Below, one piece after another: positions 27,149 through 34,279 of a stretch of 34,279 nucleotides of DNA. The DNA is taken from contig JAWXCN010000083.1 of the NCBI GenBank assembly GCA_034408725.1, forward strand, positions 1-34,279, in the 5' to 3' direction. A program made the position numbers and the translations under genes. This stretch comes from Candidatus Hydrogenedentota bacterium. Lineage in GTDB: Bacteria > Hydrogenedentota > Hydrogenedentia > Hydrogenedentales > SLHB01. The notes below the pieces were generated by a model. It saw only the letters and a list, made by a program, of their open reading frames with translations, searched no databases and had not been told where the DNA came from. Positions within the stretch are counted from its first letter, which is position 1; each line of letters starts with the position of its first letter.

Positions 27149-28249
27149 TCAGCGACGAAATGTATAACTCCGCTTGGATTTTTCCTTGGGAAGGCAACGC
27201 CACCCAGCAGGCTTTCCGTCGATTGTCCATAGGGCTTCCGACACTGGAAGCCGCTCGATGGTGACGTTAGCACCTTCGATTTCCTCATAAACCTTTTCGG
27301 TCGGCAATGGCGAAAACACGAATATCCATCCGAATTCAATATCGTGCCGAATCGCACGACAAAAGCTGTGATCCCTATAGATTCGCAGTCCTGTCATTCC
27401 GATGGTTACGATAACAGCAAACACTACGATGACGTGCTCGTGTTTCAGCAAATCAATTCCGGGAGCCGAAATCAATTTCCAGATCGCAAAGATTGCCAAC
27501 AAAGGAATTACCAATCCATAGATGGTGACCGGAATGAATAGGACGCCGATGGCAAATCTCGCTGCCCAGTAACGCATTGGCTGACGTGTGTACGTCGAAA
27601 GTTCATAAGACTCTTCTTCAGACGGTCGACGACGCTCCAAGTTTGCGGTAGGACAGTCTAACAAACAGGATTCTGGCAGGTCCCAAGTAGGCGCGTCTAA
27701 TGGCCTGGAAGCCGCTGTTGTGACTGTCAAGCGCACCGCTTTCTTAATAGCCATTCCGTTTATCGCGTATATTTCGTCGATATGAGGGAATAGTTCGATT
27801 GACACTGACGCTGAGGGAATGGGATCCAGGAGACTCTCCTTGACCAATGTGTCGAATGCGATGTCAGTCGGGTCGTACCACTGAAAAGGTCCTTCAAATT
27901 GACGCACATATCCTTTACGACAGGTCTTCCATAACTTGCGGAACACCGATAGTAATTCGGTACCGCGTAAAATTGCGATTGCGCAAGTGATTAAAGTCAC
28001 TGGGATTAGCACCGCGATTGCCAAACCTATCAGATCTTGCCGTTCTCGCTGAATCAATTCACCCAAATAGACCGCGATGCTTATTGCGAATATGGGCACC
28101 ATGCATGAAACAAGACAGCCGGCGCAGAGATTTAACCGTATTTTTCGATGAAGACTGCGCTGTTCATCATCTAAAAGTTTTCTCTCACCTACATAAGGAA
28201 AACCTGCGCAACGAATCGTTCTTTCGGAATCAGGGAAATTTGAATTCAT
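27149..28249 (-). CDS. Hypothetical integral membrane protein built from two similar halves
   Basis: 366-aa AT-richer ORF. Each half has an ER/RR..ddE motif, two TM helices and a soluble domain ending VSIELFPHIDEIYAING / VTIERLPVSEALWTIDG. Confidence 0.75.
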   Translation of the reverse strand: MNSNFPDSERTIRCAGFPYVGERKLLDDEQRSLHRKIRLNLCAGCLVSCMVPIFAISIAVYLGELIQRERQDLIGLAIAVLIPVTLITCAIAILRGTELLSVFRKLWKTCRKGYVRQFEGPFQWYDPTDIAFDTLVKESLLDPIPSASVSIELFPHIDEIYAINGMAIKKAVRLTVTTAASRPLDAPTWDLPESCLLDCPTANLERRRPSEEESYELSTYTRQPMRYWAARFAIGVLFIPVTIYGLVIPLLAIFAIWKLISAPGIDLLKHEHVIVVFAVIVTIGMTGLRIYRDHSFCRAIRHDIEFGWIFVFSPLPTEKVYEEIEGANVTIERLPVSEALWTIDGKPAGWRCLPKEKSKRSYTFRR

Positions 28250-28328
28250 CGTACGTCCCGCAAATGCTCGCGCCGAGGGTAACGTAGTGAAGCATTATTA
28301 TCAAACAGATCCGCGTTTAGACGGAGGT

Positions 28329-29630
28329 TCACGAAGCGATAAACACCTCAATCGATTCCCGCAGCGTCTTGAAAATCCACGCGCGTTTGGCGGGGTCGGA
28401 TTCGAGGAGGGTCATGCGGAAGCCGTCGTGGGCGCATTGGAAGCCGGTGAGGGGCACGACGACGATGCCGGTGGCGCCCATGAGGTAGTAGACGAAGCGT
28501 TTATCGGGCGCGACGTTTTTGACGAGCTGGTCGATCTTCTCGCGGATTTGTTTGTTCTCGATCTTGAGGGTCTGCTGATTGTTCAGCACGCCGGGTTTGA
28601 ACATGACGGTGAAGTAGAACGCGCCGCCGGGTTTGTTCACTATGACCGCGTCGCAGCCCTCGAACGCCTTCATCGCTTCGTCCGCGCGCTCGTTGAACAT
28701 TTTCTCGCGACGGGCCAGGTGGTCCTTATACCGCTCGTCGCCCATCACTTTCGGTATCGACATCTGCGGGAGCGTGGTGGACGAAACTTCGAGCCGTTTT
28801 GCCGCGAGCAGGCTGTTCGCGTAGGTCGCGAAGTTTTCGTCCTTGTCGCGGTTAAGCACTTCGAGCCAGCCGCAGCGCGAACCCGGCCACGGGTACTCCT
28901 TGCTGATGCCGCGCATGGCGAGACCGGGCACGTCGCCGAGCCATTCGCTCAGGTGCAACCGCTCGTTGCCGTTGTAGACGATGTGCGCGTATATCTCGTC
29001 GGTGATGAGAAAAATTTTGTTTTCGCGCGCGATCTGCGCAATCTCTTCGAGTATCGCCCTTGGATATACCGCCCCCGTCGGATTGTCCGGTGTCAACAAC
29101 AAAATGCCAGCGATTGAATCGTTGTATTTCACTTTATTGCGAATGTCTTCGACGTCGGGCTGCCAGCCGTTGTACGGATCGAGGTTGTACGTGACGTGGT
29201 TGTAGCCCGAATGCGCCGCCTCCGCCGATGAATGCGTGCTGTACGCGGGCGATGGACCAAGTATGCGCGCTTCACGCCGCAGGAACCCATACACTTTCGC
29301 TACGGCGTCGCCCAAGCCATTAAAGAACATGATATCGTCCGGCGTAATTTTTACGCCACCGGGCCGTTTGTTCACGTTCGCTGCGAGAAACTCGCGTGTC
29401 GCCGGCACACCCGCGGTATCGCAATAGGCCCACGACACCGGGTCATCCACCAACTCGCGCACGATATCGCGAATCCATTCGGGCACCACCTCGCCCTTTT
29501 GAACGGGGTCGCCAATATTCTCCCACGTTACGGCTTGGCCCATCTCGCGGACCTGCCGCGCCACCAGCACGATCTCGCGAATCTCGTAGCTAAGGCTTCC
29601 CGCCCCCATATGAACAATATTGCGGCGCAT
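28329..29630 (-). CDS. PLP-dependent class I/II aminotransferase (AlaA/aspartate aminotransferase-like)
   Basis: ENIGDP, PDNPTGAVY, ITDEIY, RGISKEYPWPGSRCGW (PLP Lys), PGGAFY, GFRMTL. AGGA SD before ATG 29630. Confidence 0.93.
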   Translation of the reverse strand: MRRNIVHMGAGSLSYEIREIVLVARQVREMGQAVTWENIGDPVQKGEVVPEWIRDIVRELVDDPVSWAYCDTAGVPATREFLAANVNKRPGGVKITPDDIMFFNGLGDAVAKVYGFLRREARILGPSPAYSTHSSAEAAHSGYNHVTYNLDPYNGWQPDVEDIRNKVKYNDSIAGILLLTPDNPTGAVYPRAILEEIAQIARENKIFLITDEIYAHIVYNGNERLHLSEWLGDVPGLAMRGISKEYPWPGSRCGWLEVLNRDKDENFATYANSLLAAKRLEVSSTTLPQMSIPKVMGDERYKDHLARREKMFNERADEAMKAFEGCDAVIVNKPGGAFYFTVMFKPGVLNNQQTLKIENKQIREKIDQLVKNVAPDKRFVYYLMGATGIVVVPLTGFQCAHDGFRMTLLESDPAKRAWIFKTLRESIEVFIAS

Positions 29631-29790
29631 CAATTTTCCTATAAGTCAAATCTGGCGTGTCAAACAGGCGCACGGATTGCTTCTGCGCATACATTTACGG
29701 AGGATATGCGTACCGCGACAAAAACAGCGAAAATAGAAAGGATAGTCTATTCGCACTGCGAGGGAAAAGCAAAGTATGAATGCCGTCCGC

Positions 29791-31000
29791 CTACCAGGCT
29801 GGATCGATGAAACCGTGGTCGCGACCAAACCAATAGACGACGAACATGTCGGTGGAATTTTCTTCGAACTCGGATTCGACGGACTTGGTGCTGCCGTCTT
29901 CCTGCGGAACGGTGTAGGTTCCCTTTTCCCGATCGAAACCCCACATGTTTCTGGCGGCGGCAAGGCACTCTTTGCTAACGACCTGCTCGCTCGTGAGCAC
30001 CTCGTACAGCATGTGATACCAAATCTCGATGTTGCGCTCGAATTTGCTGGTTTTCCAATCCCACCAGTGACGGTTCATCGTGGTACGGTATCGATTCAAC
30101 AGCAACGGGTCCGTTTCGTAGCGTAGCAGTTGCCAGTAGGATTTCGCGGCAAGATGGTCATCCCACGGCACAGTCCATTCTTTCGGGAAGAGGACCTTTG
30201 TCATCATCGCGTGTTCGTCGTAGTGATACCGCTCGATGAGCACCTGGTACGCGGAAAGGTATCGCGGCTTCGCAGTCATGTGATACGCCGTGCGAAGGCC
30301 CGCGAGCATCTCCAACGAGTTCAGCGGTTCGTGCGGCAGATCGGGACAAAAGTTGCCCCAAAGCGTCATCTTGCCGTCGTAATCCACCAGTTTGAAATTG
30401 TAATCGACGCAACGACCGACGAAGCGATCAATGAAATCCGCCGCGCGCTGTTTGTATTCGCCCTCGGCGCAGATGTCGTAGTACGTGCTCAGGCCGTAAC
30501 AGAGATCGACAAACTTGTCGCTGCTAAGGTCCCCCTGCCACCGGTAACCTGGCATGGACTTGGACCAGTGCCATTCGGTGGAGAAAAAGTACACCTGCTC
30601 GTGCCAAAGCGGTTTGTCGGTTTTGTTGAAACTCCGTGCAACTACACCGGGAACACCGGTGACGTTCGAGTTGTTCGATGCCTTCAAACACTTTGTTGGC
30701 CCGCTCGCGCGCCTTCGGGTCTTTGGTTGCGTGGTACATGTGCGAATACCCGGCGAGGTACTCGGCGGTGATACCGCAACCGTCTTCATGGCTGCCGACA
30801 AGCGGTTTTTCCGTCCCTGCTGGCGGAAAGATAACCTGCTGCATGAAAATGCCTTCGTTCCAATGGTTGTCGCGCATGAGCCGGTCGAACATTTGCACGC
30901 GGACGTGGAGCGGATCGGCTTTTTGGGGAAAGGTGTTGCTTTGCTGCGCGTATGCTGGAATCCATAGCGCACAACACACAAGTGAGGCAAGAATTTTCAT
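29791..31000 (-). pseudogene. Secreted alpha/alpha-toroid-like hypothetical protein interrupted by one frameshift (true pseudogene or sequencing error)
   Basis: The signal-peptide ORF (MKILASLVCC...ERANKVFEGIEQLE) joins in another frame at ~30664 to VTGVPGVVARSF...WQGDLSSDK...LAGLRTAYHMT...YWFGRDHGFI, giving one coherent ~400-aa protein. Confidence 0.75.
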
Positions 31001-31041
31001 TGCCAAGTTACTCTCCCTGATTGCGCGACTAATTACGTTAT

Positions 31042-31338
31042 TCAGTCGCTAGACCACATAACTGCGACTGGTTTTTCCCATATCCAGAACGCGATGGCTA
31101 ACGCAATAAAAACGAGGTGAAACAAAAGGATTAATAAACACGACGCTACCCAAATAAAATCGACCTCTCGAGGCAGTCGCAAGAGACCGAACATTGCTAT
31201 TAATGAAAGTACACACCAGACCAGTGACAGAACGGTGAATAGATGCGCCTTCCATTTTATGATGCGTCTAGATACCCGTGACCCCCGAAAAATTTGTTCT
31301 AACCGCTGCCAAACGGTGAATATCTGAGAAGCGCCCAT
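31042..31338 (-). CDS. Small hypothetical membrane protein (2 TM)
   Basis: 98-aa AT-rich ORF with two long hydrophobic stretches, co-oriented with its neighbours and filling the gap. Confidence 0.55.
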   Translation of the reverse strand: MGASQIFTVWQRLEQIFRGSRVSRRIIKWKAHLFTVLSLVWCVLSLIAMFGLLRLPREVDFIWVASCLLILLFHLVFIALAIAFWIWEKPVAVMWSSD

Positions 31339-31372
31339 GGGTAAAATTCAGACTCCATTTTCAGAACGAAAA

Positions 31373-32077
31373 CTACTCCGCATCTTTCACGCACCGGAAC
31401 CCGGTGTAGTAGTTCCCGGTGGTATTTGCCGGCAAATAAAAGCGATGCGAACTTCGAAACGAAAACGGATCGCAAAAGTGCGATCCACCCCGGCACACTT
31501 TGAATTGTTCGCCGTACGACTCGCATGCGACATCGTTTCCGGCGTACGGTTTGTACCAGCTATCCGTCCATTCGCGCACGCCACCGGCCATGTCGAAACA
31601 TCCGTAGGGGCTCGCCGCTTTCATAATCGTTCCGCCACGCGGCACATCCCCGTCATACGCAACGAACGTCACGTCGTAGCTATCGCCCCAAGGGTATAGC
31701 CGCGCATCCGTTCCACGCGCGGCCTTTTCCCACTCTTCCTCCGTGGGCAGGCGCTTTCCCGCCCACTTCGCGTACGCCGCCGCCTGTTCCCACGTCACCA
31801 CGCAGGCGTGATTGTCGTAGCCATCTTTGTAGGTGTACGCGGATTCGAATTTTTTGAAATCAGCGTTGCTGACTTCATACTTGTCCATGAAATAGGCCTT
31901 GGTCGTGGCGAGATGTTCGGGTGATTCATCCGTATCCCCAATGTTGCTACCCATGGTGAATGGTCCTGCGGGCACGAACACCATCTCCTCGGGCGGAACC
32001 GGCGCGGAATTCCCGCTGACTGACGACAGGCATAACACAATGGCGCAAAGACCGACAACGAGCATCGAACGATGCAT
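31373..32077 (-). CDS. FGE-sulfatase domain (SUMF1/EgtB/PvdO family) protein, secreted
   Basis: MVFVPAGPFTMGS, DESPEH, MDKYEVSN, AYAKWAGKRLPTEEEWEKAARG, YPWG, SPYGCFDMAG, RGGS, GFRCVKD. Signal peptide and GGAGG SD. Confidence 0.92.
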   Translation of the reverse strand: MHRSMLVVGLCAIVLCLSSVSGNSAPVPPEEMVFVPAGPFTMGSNIGDTDESPEHLATTKAYFMDKYEVSNADFKKFESAYTYKDGYDNHACVVTWEQAAAYAKWAGKRLPTEEEWEKAARGTDARLYPWGDSYDVTFVAYDGDVPRGGTIMKAASPYGCFDMAGGVREWTDSWYKPYAGNDVACESYGEQFKVCRGGSHFCDPFSFRSSHRFYLPANTTGNYYTGFRCVKDAE

Positions 32078-32144
32078 GACTCACCCTCCCAAGCACACCA
32101 GTGCCGATGCTACTCGGACACGGCTGCATTTGCAAGGGACTGAA

Positions 32145-33692
32145 TTATTGAACGGCGCGGGGCGCGCTCGCGGGACGCGGTTTCGTGATGGGAAGGGGGA
32201 TGCCGATGGGCTGGCCGTAAGAAACGCGGACCGTGTAGGTCAGCACGGCTTCTCCGTCTTTCGGCACTGGAAGCGAAAACACCGCGGTGCGCGCATCCCG
32301 TTTCACGTGTTCGTGTGATGAATCGAGGATATGCCAGTCGCCATTCATGGGTTCGACCACGTCGACCGCAATATCGGACTGTTTGTGATTGCGGATTTTG
32401 ATTTCAAATGTGGACTCGTAGACGTTGTCCGCGATGACGCGAAAATCGGTTTGTGTGCGTTCGCCGATTACGTCGAAGGCATTTCCGAGACGCAGTTTGA
32501 TCTCTTCGTCCTTCGGCGTATGTTTGATGCGGTCTTCGCCGGAAAATTGAAGCATGCCGGATTCATCTTCCTGATACACCCGCATCACGCCCGCCGGCAA
32601 CGGCATGCCAAGTTGGTTGGCTTCTTCGTTTTGAAAGATTACGAACACGCCGACTTTTTCTTCTTTGATCGGTGCGATGCGTTGACTGTAATACGATTCG
32701 TTGCCGCGATACTCGTACTTTTTCGATACCGCGACGTTTTCCGCGGATAGCAGGCTGACCTGTTTGGTCTGGTTCTCTTTGATGGTGGTCCGCCGCGGCA
32801 GGCTGTACAAATGATACTCCGCAAACGATTCCTGGACCATCTGCGCGCCCCCCAAGGCACTTAAGGAATCGAACATGACTACTGTGTCGGCCCCTACCGT
32901 ATGGTCCGGAACAATGTTCACCTCACCCGCCACCAGTTTCAGTTGCGCGTTGGAATACTGCGCGCCGGACCCGTTGCTCAGCGTAACCCAGCCTTCGATG
33001 CCCAGCGATTGCTCATCCTTTGCCATCGTGAGGACATAGTCCGCCGCCCACGACAGTCCGCCGGTGAGGTAGCTGACTTCCACCTCGCTCTCGACGCTTT
33101 GTGTGCTCGCAAGCTGCCAAACGAGTGAAGGCCGCGCCGCTAGGTTTTCGGGGAGCTTTGGCAACACGACCTGCCCCGGCCTTCCGATAAAGATTTCGTC
33201 GCCGACGCGGTAGATGTATCCTTCGTTAACGCTCAACAGTTCGGCTTCGACGGTCCCGGCAGTGCTGTTGGAATTGAAGTCCTGAATGCGCAAGGTTTGA
33301 CCGATGTATTTCTCCATCAGCTTCGCGGGCGTGATGAGATCGTATTCGTAGTTCTGTTCGAGCACCTGGACTTCGCCGATGTTCGCACTATACTTGAAAC
33401 TGACGGTCTCCGGCCGAATCTGCGCCGCCACATCGACGAACCGCAGGGAATGTTCTCCCTGTTCGATGCGCATCCGCCGGGTGTCGCGCACCAGCGCGAG
33501 GTTGTTGTTGTACACCGTAACAGCGACGCCGGTCTGATCGTGCAACGTACTAACACCATCAACTGTAGCTGGTCTTGTCATCGGGTTGCGTATCTGAGTA
33601 CCGGGAGTAACCTTAATAATTTGCACCTCCGCCAGCGCCGGAACGATGGAGCCGATAAGCATGGTTATAAGGACAAAAATTCTTTTAACCAC
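32145..33692 (-). CDS. DUF4139 (with DUF4140-like N-terminus) domain protein, secreted
   Basis: VAVTVYNNNLALVRD, VLEQNYEYDL, SYLTGGLSWAADY, EYHLYSL, TKQVSL, LGMPLPAGVMRVY, GEDRIKHTP. Start placed at GTG 33692 (KR + hydrophobic signal peptide ending ALA); ATG 33662 is an alternative. Confidence 0.88.
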   Translation of the reverse strand: MVKRIFVLITMLIGSIVPALAEVQIIKVTPGTQIRNPMTRPATVDGVSTLHDQTGVAVTVYNNNLALVRDTRRMRIEQGEHSLRFVDVAAQIRPETVSFKYSANIGEVQVLEQNYEYDLITPAKLMEKYIGQTLRIQDFNSNSTAGTVEAELLSVNEGYIYRVGDEIFIGRPGQVVLPKLPENLAARPSLVWQLASTQSVESEVEVSYLTGGLSWAADYVLTMAKDEQSLGIEGWVTLSNGSGAQYSNAQLKLVAGEVNIVPDHTVGADTVVMFDSLSALGGAQMVQESFAEYHLYSLPRRTTIKENQTKQVSLLSAENVAVSKKYEYRGNESYYSQRIAPIKEEKVGVFVIFQNEEANQLGMPLPAGVMRVYQEDESGMLQFSGEDRIKHTPKDEEIKLRLGNAFDVIGERTQTDFRVIADNVYESTFEIKIRNHKQSDIAVDVVEPMNGDWHILDSSHEHVKRDARTAVFSLPVPKDGEAVLTYTVRVSYGQPIGIPLPITKPRPASAPRAVQ

Positions 33693-33930
33693 GGAGACAC
33701 GGAGAACTCGGAGAACTCGGAGAGATGCACCACGAAGACACGAAGAACACGAAAAAGATTCAATAATTTTATTATGAGAATTACCGTTCATCGGCCGCCT
33801 CTGTTTTTTCACCACGGGGACACGGGGAACACTGGGAAAGAATTTTTCTCTTCTGCATTCTCTACTTCTCCGTGTTCTCCGTGTCTCCGTGGTTTAATTT
33901 CTTTCTTCGTGTTCTTCGTGGTGCGCTCTC
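33687..33930. repeat. Cluster of five interleaved direct/inverted arms built from 8-9-bp CACG(GA/AA/GG)GA(A) units
   Basis: Forward arms at 33687-33723, 33727-33758 and 33810-33839. Reverse arms at 33866-33894 and 33900-33930. Confidence 0.85.
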
Positions 33931-34278
33931 TTAGAATCTCACCTGCACCCGATACGTCACCTTCACTTCGCCATCCTTGGGAACCGGCACGCTGAACACC
34001 GCCGTGCGCGCATCCCTTTTCACGAAGTCGTGCGATTTATTGAGGATATTCCAGTCGCCTGGCATCGGCTCTACGATGTCCACGGTGATGTCTGTTTCCT
34101 TGTGGTTGCGCAACGTAACCTCATACGCGGACTCGTGTACATTCGTTGCAATCACGCGGTATTCCTTCTGTACACGCTCGCCGATTACGTCAAACGCCTC
34201 ACCGAGCCGCAACGTGATCTTTTCGTCTTTCGGCGTGTGTTTGATGCGGTCTTCACCCGCGAACTGCAGCATGCCCTC
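33931..34278 (-). CDS. Second DUF4139 paralogue, C-terminal part (runs off the window end)
   Basis: EGMLQFAGEDRIKHTPKDEKITLRLGEAFDVIGER...PVPKDGEVKVTYRVQVRF aligns without gaps to the C-terminus of the 32145-33692 protein. Confidence 0.9.
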   Translation of the reverse strand, partial: EGMLQFAGEDRIKHTPKDEKITLRLGEAFDVIGERVQKEYRVIATNVHESAYEVTLRNHKETDITVDIVEPMPGDWNILNKSHDFVKRDARTAVFSVPVPKDGEVKVTYRVQVRF

Positions 34279-34279
34279 G

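Noticed and set aside
26992-28465. Diversity-generating retroelement TR/VR pair
   Set aside because: Mismatches are not adenine-specific, there is an indel, and no reverse transcriptase is present in the window.
30655-30675. Programmed ribosomal frameshift
   Set aside because: No slippery sequence or stimulatory element is visible at the junction.
31373-32077. Maturation enzyme for the sulfatase-like gene at 9218-11344
   Set aside because: It lacks the Cys pair, the putative target lacks a CxPxR motif, and the two genes are 20 kb apart.
33693-33815. N-terminal extension of the DUF4139 ORF (…SLRVLRVLRVS…)
   Set aside because: It is the translation of the repeat arms, and the signal peptide begins only after it.
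33687-33930. CRISPR array
   Set aside because: Units are 8-9 bp, contiguous and in both orientations, with no regular unique spacers and no cas genes.

Overview
A 34.3 kb high-GC bacterial chromosomal window with about 26 protein-coding loci and no rRNA, tRNA, CRISPR array, integrase or transposase. The gene content suggests a Candidatus Hydrogenedentota/PVC-like lineage (inference only). The left part carries the C-terminus of an AddA/RecB-type helicase-nuclease, an HExxH peptidase, glgX and a HAAS/PspC membrane protein. It also has a minus-strand run (TPR 'sulfatase', acyl-CoA dehydrogenase, double-hotdog thioesterase, serine hydrolase-NamZ fusion), a GH38 alpha-mannosidase convergent with manC, a YVTN-phosphoesterase, a secreted beta-propeller hydrolase and an NfeD-flotillin pair. 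An AT-richer, decaying accessory patch (~22.7-28.3 kb) follows. It holds a frameshifted HGGxSTG-like gene, a truncated orphan addiction-module antitoxin, three hypothetical proteins and a degenerate second copy of the last ~45 codons of the neighbouring aminotransferase gene. The right end has a frameshifted secreted protein gene, an FGE-like protein and two tandem DUF4139 paralogues separated by interleaved 8-9-bp-period inverted repeat arms. Several distinct REP-like palindrome types occupy the intergenic spaces. The best leads are the duplicated aminotransferase 3' end bracketing a cargo gene and the interleaved repeat structure overlapping a likely start codon. No complete novel system can be demonstrated from the sequence alone.
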